From an uncultured Methanosarcinaceae archaeon (lineage in GTDB: Archaea; Halobacteriota; Methanosarcinia; Methanosarcinales; Methanosarcinaceae): a stretch of DNA of 64,000 nucleotides. Shown in pieces: positions 11,272-20,735 of the stretch. The translations under genes and the position numbers were made by a program. The notes beneath the pieces are model-generated. The model did no database searches. It had not been told where the DNA came from and saw only the letters and a program-made list of their open reading frames with translations. Positions within the stretch are counted from its first letter, which is position 1; each line of letters opens with the position of its first letter. The stretch lies in the NCBI GenBank assembly GCA_963721455.1, contig CAVRJG010000054.1:1-64000 (forward strand), read 5' to 3'.

Positions 11272-11916
11272 TTAATCTCCTCCGAGGGGCTGAACATTGT
11301 CTGAAATATCGTGTGCAAGTTCGGATTTGTCAACATCGAAAATTATCATGCCGGTATTTAGCTCCTCAGCCTCTTCTTTAGAGAGCCTGGTAGCAGTGGC
11401 CTTTTTTGAAATGATCGCACTGTTTCCCAGGGGGTCTTCGATAATGACTGTAATTTTTCTCTTGCCTTCCACAACTTCTTCGAGCATACACAGGAGTTCC
11501 TGGCTGAGGGCGAATTTCTCTTCTTCCTCCTGTACCCACTTACTTGCTGTCATAAGAACACTTTGGACCCGCTGCAGCACGCCTTCGATATTCGTTATGT
11601 ACGATTCCGAAACCGTGCCAGGCTCGATAGTGACCCCTATTTCAGGGATGCGGATTGTTCCTGAGGTTGAACGGATGACTCTTGCATTCAGGTCTTCCAG
11701 GGTTTCAACTGACAGCTCATAGCGCATGGGCTCCTTGCTGGAGAGGATCATAGTATCTGCAAAACGGAAACTGCACTGGCATTTTGCACTAATGTACATG
11801 ATCTCCCCAAAATAGGGGATATTATCTCTCTGCCAGTTCATTATCAATTCATTGTGACATAACGGACAGGGGATTTTTGTCTCAAAACTTTCCTGCTTAA
11901 AATAACTCTGATTCAA
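11272..11916 (-). CDS. ZPR1 zinc finger protein
   Basis: CPLC...IPYFGE...C.C Zn finger and ITNIEGVL...IIEDPLGNSAI. Confidence 0.93.
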   Translation of the reverse strand: MNQSYFKQESFETKIPCPLCHNELIMNWQRDNIPYFGEIMYISAKCQCSFRFADTMILSSKEPMRYELSVETLEDLNARVIRSTSGTIRIPEIGVTIEPGTVSESYITNIEGVLQRVQSVLMTASKWVQEEEEKFALSQELLCMLEEVVEGKRKITVIIEDPLGNSAIISKKATATRLSKEEAEELNTGMIIFDVDKSELAHDISDNVQPLGGD

Positions 11917-12293
11917 TATTTTCCACCAATGATTTTTGATCTGTCGATTTTAATGCCTGTAGGTGTTACAATTACAGTATTTCCTTTGACACCCGCGATA
12001 TCCCCGTGGACGTCAACAATAACATCTTTCAGCTCTTTTAAAACCCTGTCCCTCAATAGGTCATCGCCCTTGATGTTTGAAATGTCTACCATCAGAATAT
12101 TTCCGTTGTAAATCTCCTGTTTGAGTTGGGATATCTGGTTGATATTTGAGACTTCTGCAATCTTTACATAAGTTTCTGCAGGTTCATCCTCGAGAACTTC
12201 CTCATATTTGCTGAGGTCAATTTCAGTATAATCATCGGGACTGGTTGAACTTTTTACATTGCCGCCAAGGAGTTTGTCTATGAATTTTGCCAT
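11913..12293 (-). CDS. sepF: Cell division protein SepF
   Basis: IYNGNILMVDIS...VHGDIAGV...VIVTPTGIKIDR; typical euryarchaeal PUA-sepF-ZPR1 cluster. Confidence 0.88.
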   Translation of the reverse strand: MAKFIDKLLGGNVKSSTSPDDYTEIDLSKYEEVLEDEPAETYVKIAEVSNINQISQLKQEIYNGNILMVDISNIKGDDLLRDRVLKELKDVIVDVHGDIAGVKGNTVIVTPTGIKIDRSKIIGGKY

Positions 12294-12470
12294 ATATGCG
12301 CACCTGTTTTATTTTTTTAAATTTAAATAGTACTGACCTATATTGAAATCTATATTAATTAATTTTGTTGTTATAGAGCTGATCCTGATTTTTCTTTCTG
12401 TTTCAGGAAGTTCTCGTTCCCTGCCCGCAGGGTTCGTTTAATGAAAATATGTCCTGTTTTTAGGGAACTT

Positions 12471-12956
12471 TTAGAGTTCCATGTTCCAGAGTTTATCTCC
12501 TACATAGGTTATTGACTTTATAGCTTTACCTGAATTGGCTTCGACCATCTGTGGACCTTCCATAAGGGCTTTTCCGATTGCAAGAGGTTTCCGATGGGTC
12601 TCTTCCACGATGATTACGAGGTCTCCTTCTTTTATTTCGGGGTCAGCCTCCACGACCCCAGGAGCCATTATATCCGCCCCGTTTGAAACAAAACGGATAG
12701 CTCCTTTATCGACAGCTACAACACGCTTTTGAAGTCCCATCTCAAGAGCTCCGCGGACCGTAGGAAAAAGATGCCCTTCTACTTCAAAAAGTAGAGGCTT
12801 GCCGTCCACAAGGATGAGGGAATATTCCTCCAGGGTAATTTTTTCCAGGGTTTTGTTTTCCAGCTCTGCCATCTCTTCGCCGAAGGTGGATACGATGTCT
12901 TTCAACATCTTGTTCTTGGCATTTTTCCTCAGCTGAACTCTTGATTTTATTTTCAA
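12471..12956 (-). CDS. PUA-domain RNA-binding protein
   Basis: VDKGAIRFVSNGADIMAPGV and VGDKLW motifs; TTG start. Confidence 0.9.
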   Translation of the reverse strand: MKIKSRVQLRKNAKNKMLKDIVSTFGEEMAELENKTLEKITLEEYSLILVDGKPLLFEVEGHLFPTVRGALEMGLQKRVVAVDKGAIRFVSNGADIMAPGVVEADPEIKEGDLVIIVEETHRKPLAIGKALMEGPQMVEANSGKAIKSITYVGDKLWNMEL

Positions 12957-13084
12957 TTAATCACCAGATTTCGAAATGTTATGTTTATTTATAGCATAGG
13001 GGTTTTGTGCCTTTTAAAGCTTATGTGGGACTTTGAGGGTTCCTGAAACAGAATTTTTCTGCTATATTTTTACTCAAGCCATTT

Positions 13085-14239
13085 TTACTCAAGCTTTACA
13101 AAGAACATTACAAGAAGCACCAGTGCACTTCCGAAAAATACGGTCTCATAACCGAAGGGTTTGAGAAATAAACTCCCAAAAACCGGGCCCAGCCCGAGAC
13201 CTGCATAAATTCCGGTATTAAAAAGCCCCATTGCAAAGCCGCTGGAGCTGATTCTGGAAACGGCCGTAATCATCCCTACGACCGCAGCCCCCCCTCCTGC
13301 CCCGATAAGGAAGAAAGCCAGTAGGGGCATCTTTACGGAGAGGAAGATACCTGCTGCTGCAAGGATTATTCCTGCTCTTACTATGTTTTTAGAATTGATG
13401 TCTGCCCTGCCTGCGATCAGGGAACTCAGCATTGCAGCCAGATAAGAAGCTGAGATTGCCAGCCCAAGTTCAGGCTTTGTCAGAAAGCCAGCGCTGTAGT
13501 CTGGATAGTTTGCAGTTAACAGGCCTGTGGTCCCATAGAGGATAGCCGAGATTCCCCATATCTTCCCGAAACTACTTTTATACATGGTTTTCCTGGCTTT
13601 TCTCAGGTGACTTTTGAGTTCGGAAAGCAAAGAGGTATCCAGCGCATTTTTTACAGAATTTTCACTATTTGAAAGAGCAAATCTTTCCTTTTTTCTCTCC
13701 GAAGAAAGCAGTTCTTTTGTTCCCGACAGAAGAAATATACAGGAAAGGCCTGCCAGAAGGGTGAAGATGACTATTGCGGTTTTAATTCCCAGTCCGGCAA
13801 GTACTCCTGAGAACAAAACGCCCGCCGCCAGCCCGGCGTTTAGCAGAAAGTTAAATTCCCCAAGGCTGCGCTGGCTGTCTTCCCATTCTGCAAGCATGGA
13901 GAAAGCTGCAGGAAAAAAAGCCCCGCAGCCTACGCCTTCTAAGAACCTGGAAATTCCAAGAATCCACAGGCTGTCAGAAGAAGAAATAAGAAAGCCCGAA
14001 AAGGCGGTCAGCAGCACTCCAAATCCTACTACCTTCAGGTTCCCTATCCTGTCTGCCAGGATTCCAAGGGGCACAAGAGAAAGAAAGGCTCCCATAAAAT
14101 ATCCGGAAAAGAGAAGGTTTGATACAGTAGAATCTCCGCTGCTTCCTCCTGCAAGTTCTGGAAGAACGGGAATTACTGCATTGGAGAGTCCCTGGATAGC
14201 AAAAACTGAAGAATAGAGTGTGAGTTTTTTGAAGTTCAT
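13085..14239 (-). CDS. MFS transporter
   Basis: About 12 hydrophobic segments; GILADRIG motif A; RFLEGVG. Confidence 0.9.
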   Translation of the reverse strand: MNFKKLTLYSSVFAIQGLSNAVIPVLPELAGGSSGDSTVSNLLFSGYFMGAFLSLVPLGILADRIGNLKVVGFGVLLTAFSGFLISSSDSLWILGISRFLEGVGCGAFFPAAFSMLAEWEDSQRSLGEFNFLLNAGLAAGVLFSGVLAGLGIKTAIVIFTLLAGLSCIFLLSGTKELLSSERKKERFALSNSENSVKNALDTSLLSELKSHLRKARKTMYKSSFGKIWGISAILYGTTGLLTANYPDYSAGFLTKPELGLAISASYLAAMLSSLIAGRADINSKNIVRAGIILAAAGIFLSVKMPLLAFFLIGAGGGAAVVGMITAVSRISSSGFAMGLFNTGIYAGLGLGPVFGSLFLKPFGYETVFFGSALVLLVMFFVKLE

Positions 14240-14465
14240 AGGCTTTTCGATTTTATTTGTTTGGCCTTATAATGACTCAGTTCCAAAATCTAGTGATAAA
14301 GTGAATGTAACATCACTACGATTCTGTACTCGATGCTTACTTCCCTGGTTTCTGAAAATTATTCTGAATATCAAGAAATTCCGTGAGATAAGTATCTTAC
14401 GCTGTCCAGCTGCAGGGAAATTATTGATATAATACCTGACTAAAAGCTTATCTGGTGGCTATTTT

Positions 14466-15590
14466 TCATTCTTTCAATATAAGGGCTCCTGCCAGGATAC
14501 AGCCGTTTGCTATAAACAATTTTTCGAAACTCAGAAAGCCTGTAAAAAGCCCTGCCGCAATCGGGGCGAGAGAAAGCCCTGCATAGATAGTTGTGTTAAA
14601 AAGCCCCATTACAAGGCCCCTATCCGCATTCATTCTGGTAACAGCCAGGGCAAAGCCCACGGTTGCAATCCCGGACCCCCCACCAAGGCTTGAGAATCCC
14701 AGTAAAGGGTATTTTATTGCAAAAAGGGCTCCCAGGATGGAAAATACTATTCCGGTTCGAATTAATGTTTTCTCCTTTACTTTGAAATGCCCTGCAAGGA
14801 GGGAGGTAATCATTGCACAGACATAGAGGCTGGCAATAGAGCTCCCAAGCTGGACTTTCGTTAGAGTGCCCAGGCTGTAGTCAGGATAGTAGGCTACAAG
14901 CACTCCGATGGTTCCGTTGAGCAGGAAGGAACTGAGCCAGATCCCTGAGTTGCTATAACTCAGGAGTCCCGTAATTTCTCTGTAATAATTCCTAAAAAGG
15001 TTTCCGGGGGAACCTGGCAATGCACCTGGCTTCCCTGTGCTCTGCGGGTGAATCAGTCCTTTGTGTCCGGGAAGAAGGTATATGGCCAAAAGGAAAGCCA
15101 TAGCTGTAAAAATAAGGATTGCCCCTTTAAGGTAGGCATCCGCCAGCAACCCTGAGAGCAGGGCTCCTGCTGCCAATCCGGCGTTGAAAAGAAAAGTAAA
15201 TTCTCCTATGTAGCGCCCTGGATCCGTGCACTTTGATAATATCGCAAAAGCAGCCGGGAAAAAAGCTCCACAGGCAGAACCTTCTATAAACCTTGAAATC
15301 ATAAGAATCCAGAGGTTTTCGGAGAGGATGATGATCAACCCTGAAATGGCTGTCAGAACAATGCCAAGCTCTATGAACCTTATATTTCCGAACCTGTCAG
15401 CCAGAATCCCGAAGGGAAGCATTGTTCCCAGGGCTCCGAGGAAGTAGGCGGAAAAGAGCAGGCTTGAAGCAAGCCCTCCGACGGAGCTGGGGTTCAGGTC
15501 CGCAAGCTCCGGAAGGATAGGGATAACAGCATTAGAGAGCCCCATAATTGTAAAAGCTGCTCCGTAAATTAAAAGCCTGTCAGGGTTCAT
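14466..15590 (-). CDS. MFS transporter (paralogue of the adjacent gene)
   Basis: GILADRFG motif A; shares GLSNAVIP.LPELA, GAFFPAAF and MGLFNT.IYAGL with 13085-14239. Confidence 0.9.
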   Translation of the reverse strand: MNPDRLLIYGAAFTIMGLSNAVIPILPELADLNPSSVGGLASSLLFSAYFLGALGTMLPFGILADRFGNIRFIELGIVLTAISGLIIILSENLWILMISRFIEGSACGAFFPAAFAILSKCTDPGRYIGEFTFLFNAGLAAGALLSGLLADAYLKGAILIFTAMAFLLAIYLLPGHKGLIHPQSTGKPGALPGSPGNLFRNYYREITGLLSYSNSGIWLSSFLLNGTIGVLVAYYPDYSLGTLTKVQLGSSIASLYVCAMITSLLAGHFKVKEKTLIRTGIVFSILGALFAIKYPLLGFSSLGGGSGIATVGFALAVTRMNADRGLVMGLFNTTIYAGLSLAPIAAGLFTGFLSFEKLFIANGCILAGALILKE

Positions 15591-15849
15591 AGCACTAAAA
15601 ACCCGTAATTAAGTATATAGTTTCTTATTTCAGCAGTTTCCTGGAATCCGCTTGCCAGAGCTTAAAATTCCCGGGGTAAATCCTTACAGGCTTCTTTAGC
15701 AATTTGCAGGATTTTTATCCATGGTACAGTTGTATAATATGCGTATTCATAAAATTATATCGGGCTGCTACTGCAATATAACGACTTTATTATAATAAAT
15801 CGGATAGAATGCATAGCTATTTATATAATTAATTTGAATAAGGGTAATT

Positions 15850-15984
15850 GTAAGATGTGAGCGGGAAACTTTTTTCACATACCATACCCCCCACTCCCCA
15901 TATGACCCCCCACTCCCCAACCCGCTCACAATCTTCTACTTACAATCTAATTCCTAACAATCTAATTCTTTTTCTTACTTTTTT
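15850..15984 (+). ncRNA. Candidate small RNA: long stem with a duplicated C-rich loop
   Basis: TTTATATA box at 15820; stem 15852-15865/15921-15935; ACCCCCCACTCCCCA twice in the loop; T-tract at 15966-15984. Confidence 0.5.
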
Positions 15985-16031
15985 AGCCTCTTAGTTCACT
16001 GCTTCTTTAGAATTTAAGTTCTATTCATTGG

Positions 16032-16066
16032 TCATCGGTTAACGAATTTTATGCACAACTTTGAAT
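16032..16066. repeat. dif-like (11-6-11) site, copy 1
   Basis: TCATCGGTTAA-CGAATT-TTATGCACAAC; 16034-16066 is identical to 62947-62979. Confidence 0.6.
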
Positions 16067-16256
16067 ACCACGTATAGCCATTTTCCAACATAATTCTTAG
16101 ATATATTACATAAAAAATAACACTTTTTGGTGTTTTGCACCTTAACCGAATCCACATGAAGAGTTCTTTAACCCCTCTTTACGCAGGCATAAGACATTTC
16201 ATCTGGCAACAGAGCATGAAGAGTTATACCATGTTGCTTTTATAAGTATACCAAAT

Positions 16257-16622
16257 TTAAGTTAACTCACTGATCCATTCTTTTGCTTTTTCAATTTCAT
16301 TATTACTGAATACTTTTATAGGCATTGGCATAAAGAGCTTGTATAAATTAACGCCATCCCTTATCCAGTGAACATCAGAAACAACCGCAACTTTCTCGAA
16401 TGAGAATGTATGCCACGTGACTTTCGCATCCTCTAGGAAAGCTCCTAGTTCATAATGTGTGTAGTCCTTGTTCAACTGATAAAGCATGCGAATTTTCTTG
16501 TAATTTTTAAGCTTCTCATTAATTGAAGGAATTAATACAGTATCGTAGTCTTCTGCTGTTATATTTCCACTACCAACAATGCCAATAACATTGTCAGGCA
16601 AACCCTTCATAAGTTCCATCAT
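16257..16622 (-). CDS. SpoIIAA-like (STAS/SEC14) domain protein
   Basis: LPDNVIGIVGSGNITAEDY...FEKVAVVSD..W...VF...EIEKAKEWI pattern. Confidence 0.8.
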   Translation of the reverse strand: MMELMKGLPDNVIGIVGSGNITAEDYDTVLIPSINEKLKNYKKIRMLYQLNKDYTHYELGAFLEDAKVTWHTFSFEKVAVVSDVHWIRDGVNLYKLFMPMPIKVFSNNEIEKAKEWISELT

Positions 16623-16747
16623 TTTGTTCCTACTCCTTTTTATTCAACACACAGAGTCGTAATAGCAATTCCGGTATCATAAGCTATGAATAAATGTCGT
16701 AAACGTTGGCAGAAGATACACTCTTTTAATGCAGCATAAAAACATAT

Positions 16748-16933
16748 CTACTGTTTTTGCTCTTCGTCTGTGTTATCAGTACATTTTATGTTATGCAAGC
16801 TACACTTATCTTTGTAATGACAAATTAAATAGCCTACAAATAAGCCTTTAACAAAACCAATTAAACCGACGCCCACAACAACACTAAAAGCTATTTTTCC
16901 AACTGTTTTGCACACTCTTTTAACTCCATTCAT
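16748..16933 (-). CDS. Small hypothetical membrane protein (61 aa)
   Basis: AGAGG RBS-like sequence upstream; one hydrophobic segment. Confidence 0.5.
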   Translation of the reverse strand: MNGVKRVCKTVGKIAFSVVVGVGLIGFVKGLFVGYLICHYKDKCSLHNIKCTDNTDEEQKQ

Positions 16934-17349
16934 AGATAAACCTCTATCTTTTCATTTTCGATTTTGTTTTTCTTCAATTGTTTATATTCTCAATATTATG
17001 TCACCAGCTGTGCAAGTACATTTTGTATGCTTGAGCTTTGAGTTCCTAACCGATGACCAATACATTAATATTCTATTTCTTTTACCTTCATTCTGTTTTT
17101 TTATCTTTATCTGTTCTTTTACCTTCATTCTCGATGAAGGGGAAGGTCATAATTAGAAAAAAATTATTTTTAATTTTGATCAGTTTAATACGCTGTCGCT
17201 ACTGCTCTTGTTCCATGTCCAAAAAGTTTACGGAGACCTCAATGACTCAGACCATTATTGGGGGACCTTTAAGTAAAAAAAGGCCTCACAACATTTGCTG
17301 TTGTAAGGCTTGATTTCATATTCTTGTTAATCATTAGCTGATTTTTCCA

Positions 17350-19791
17350 TTACTCTTTTGTTGGGATTCTCATTCCGTAGAATGAACGCCACACAAAGAA
17401 TAATGCAATCAAAAGGAATATGCCGCCTACATAGGGAGCCACGTTTCTGAATGACTCGGAGATAGCGATTTCCATGGCTAATAAACCAAACAGGGTGGTG
17501 AACTTGATGATCGGATTCAAGGCCACTGATGAGGTATCTTTATAAGGATCGCCCACTGTATCGCCCACTATTGTTGCTTCGTGTAAAGCTGTGCCTTTTT
17601 CCTGCAGGTCTACTTCCACGACTTTTTTGGCATTATCCCAGCATCCACCGGCATTGGCCATGAAGACAGCCTGAAATAATCCGAATACCGCGATGGAGAT
17701 TAGATAAGAGACAAAAAGCGCCACGGATTGGTTTCCATTTACAGGAGCGGAGAGGAAGGAAAATGCCAGGGTAAAGGAGAATATGGCGACAAATATGTTG
17801 AACATACCCTGTTGTGCATACTGGGTGCAGATCTTTACCACTTCTTTTGACTGTTCGGTGGATGCCTTCTGATTTGCATTTTCATCGAGTTGGATGTTCT
17901 CCTTGATATATTCAACCGCCCTGTAGGCTCCAGTGGTTACGGCCTGTATTGATGCCCCGGTAAACCAGTAGATTACAGAACCACCGGCTAATAATCCTAA
18001 GATGGTATATGGATTGAGCAGGGTTAGAATTTCTTCCGGTTGCACTCCCAGGACGTTCTTAATAACCAGGATCAGCGAGAAGATCATGGTTGTGGCACCA
18101 ACCACAGCTGTACCTATCAGGACTGGTTTGGCTGTGGCCTTAAAGGTATTTCCTGCTCCATCGTTGGCTTCCAGGTAGTGTTTGGCTTTCACAAAATCCG
18201 GTTTGAAGCCGAACTCTTTCTGGATCTGTTTCTCTATGTTGGGAATGGTTTCTATAAGTGACAGCTCGTAAATGGACTGCGCATTATCTGTTACCGGTCC
18301 ATAGCTGTCAACTGCTATGGTAACCGGGCCCATGCCCAGCATTCCAAATGCCACAAGCCCGAATGCAAAGATGGAAGGGTAGATCATTATCCCGCTCAAA
18401 CCATATCCACTGGCGTAATAAGCAACGAACATCAGTGCAAAGAACACCATCCCGATCCAGAATGCGCTGAAGTTCCCTGCAACCAGTCCTGACAGAATGT
18501 TCAGAGAAGGACCTCCTTCCCGGGAAGCTTTGACAACTTCGGCTACGTGCAGCGAGTTAGGGCTGGTAAATATTTTGGTGAATTCGGGAATTAAAGCAGC
18601 TCCAAGGGTACCACAGCTTATTATTACTGACAGCACAAGCCAGAGCTTCTGCAATTGGACAGGCACTCCGGAGCTCGGGCCTAACAGGAAATAGCTTACA
18701 GCAAAGGTTACCATGATGGAAAGAATGGAAGTAATCCATACCAGGCTGGTCAGGGGCTGTTCAAAATCGAAATCTTCTTTGCTGCCGAATCTTGCCTGGC
18801 TTAAAGCTTTGTTGATGTAGAAAGAACCTACTGAGGTAATTATCATAAGTACGCGCATGACAAAGATCCAGGTAAGCAGGATTCCTGTCAGTGCAGGCTG
18901 CACAGCCAGAACGATGAAGGAAACCAGGGCCACGCCGGTTACACCATAGGTCTCGAATCCATCTGCAGTTGGTCCTACGCTGTCACCTGCATTATCTCCC
19001 GTGCAGTCGGCAATAACTCCGGGATTACGCGGGTCGTCTTCTTTTATCCCAAAGGCTATTTTCATCAGGTCGGAACCAATATCGGCTATCTTGGTGAATA
19101 TCCCGCCGGCGATACGTAAGGCACTGGCTCCCAGGGATTCTCCTACCGCAAAGCCTATGAAGCTTGCCCCGGCCAACTCCCTGGGAACAAACAGCAATAT
19201 GATTAACATCATTATTAGCTCAACGCAGACCAGAAGCACTCCTATGCTCATTCCTGCATCGAGAGCAATGTTTAACAGTTTCAGGGGTTTTGTTTCCAGG
19301 GAAGCGAATGCTGTTCTGCTGTTGGCCAGGGTGTTCATTCGAATGCCGTACCAGGCGACAACGTAGGAACCCATGATTCCTATTACAGTCCAGGCAAGGA
19401 TAAGCAGTACTCCGCTAAGAGGTGTTTTTTGCAGGAAACCAAAATAAAAGGCTATGCAGGTGCCGATAAAAGCAAATAATATGCACAGTAATTTACCCTG
19501 CTGGATAAGATAGGTTTTGCAGGTCTCGTAAATTGTGTCGGCCACATCCAGCATAGACTGATGGGCCCTGATTTTTTTTACCTTTATGAACTGGTAAAAG
19601 CCGAATAGCATACCTAATATACAGACCATGATGCCGTAGAGCAGTAAATTATTTTGCCCCTGACTCAAATTCGGAATCTTAAGATTTGCTTCACTGGCAG
19701 CTGCTATTGCCGGTGTTAGCAACAGCATAGCCAGGCTAAGCAGGCCTTCGACCATTGCCTTGCCCATTCTATTTTTAATTATAATCTCCAT
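17350..19791 (-). CDS. hppA: Membrane-bound pyrophosphatase, long divergent K+-independent type
   Basis: 813 aa; variant motif DIGSDLMKI..GIKEDDPRN; GNTFKATAK with Lys at the K+-determining site; GDTVGDPYKD. Confidence 0.92.
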   Translation of the reverse strand: MEIIIKNRMGKAMVEGLLSLAMLLLTPAIAAASEANLKIPNLSQGQNNLLLYGIMVCILGMLFGFYQFIKVKKIRAHQSMLDVADTIYETCKTYLIQQGKLLCILFAFIGTCIAFYFGFLQKTPLSGVLLILAWTVIGIMGSYVVAWYGIRMNTLANSRTAFASLETKPLKLLNIALDAGMSIGVLLVCVELIMMLIILLFVPRELAGASFIGFAVGESLGASALRIAGGIFTKIADIGSDLMKIAFGIKEDDPRNPGVIADCTGDNAGDSVGPTADGFETYGVTGVALVSFIVLAVQPALTGILLTWIFVMRVLMIITSVGSFYINKALSQARFGSKEDFDFEQPLTSLVWITSILSIMVTFAVSYFLLGPSSGVPVQLQKLWLVLSVIISCGTLGAALIPEFTKIFTSPNSLHVAEVVKASREGGPSLNILSGLVAGNFSAFWIGMVFFALMFVAYYASGYGLSGIMIYPSIFAFGLVAFGMLGMGPVTIAVDSYGPVTDNAQSIYELSLIETIPNIEKQIQKEFGFKPDFVKAKHYLEANDGAGNTFKATAKPVLIGTAVVGATTMIFSLILVIKNVLGVQPEEILTLLNPYTILGLLAGGSVIYWFTGASIQAVTTGAYRAVEYIKENIQLDENANQKASTEQSKEVVKICTQYAQQGMFNIFVAIFSFTLAFSFLSAPVNGNQSVALFVSYLISIAVFGLFQAVFMANAGGCWDNAKKVVEVDLQEKGTALHEATIVGDTVGDPYKDTSSVALNPIIKFTTLFGLLAMEIAISESFRNVAPYVGGIFLLIALFFVWRSFYGMRIPTKE

Positions 19792-20735
19792 TTAGCCGAT
19801 CACTTCTCTCATAATATTTTTAAAAATAATTGAAAGCGATATTGTTCCATCCTTCCGGTTTAAGAACGGAATAACTTTAATTTTATTCTAAAGTATTATT
19901 ACAAATTATTAAAATTTCACTTTCACCGAAACGTAAATAATGATTTTTGTTTAAACTATGATTTATGCAGTTGAATTAAGAAATCAATAACATGAAACAT
20001 GAAATTTACGAAACAAGATACTAGTGATTCCGTCTATGTACTTGTTTTTTCCCTCAAGTGCGTCTAAGTTCTATAAATTTTTTACCATTCTCCAGCCAAT
20101 CTTATGGTAATCCCTTTCTTTCCAATAATATTACATGTTTTTCCATCTGCATATCATAAACAAAGTAGCGGTTTACAGGCCAACGCATATGCAGTATAAA
20201 AACGAAGAACTGAGACCTAACAGGACTTGCTTGAGATTTAATCTTAAAAGTCTAAGTTTTTGTAGGTATCGTTCTGCTTTTATCAGCCAAGTTTCTATCG
20301 ACTATTAAAGAAATCAATAAATTAATGACCGAAAAACCAATTATGTTTATAATTTTCAGGCATCTGTGTGTTCAATTGATAAGGTAAAAAGTTACGGTAT
20401 TCCACTACCTGACCATAAAAACAGGGCTTTTTGCCCTGAATTCATAATTAGAGTTGTTTAAAGAGCACACCGGGGCAAAAAAAAGGATGAATCTAAATTA
20501 ATTTATGTAATTAAATGGATAATTATTTATCAAGTAGATTTATATAACATAATTTTAACTATGTGTATACTGATATTGAAAAATTATGTATCATCACCAG
20601 CTGAAAGGGCAGTTACTGTAAATTTCCAATTAGTAATTGGATGTCAGTTATATAAAGGCTCACTCAATTATTTTCACAAGGAGCACTTCGGAGTATTGAA
20701 CACCCAAAAATATTTTTCATATTTTCTTCCAGAGG

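Noticed and set aside
16156-16226. CATGAAGAGTT repeated twice, 60 bp apart
   Set aside because: Only two short copies; not enough for an array or operator call
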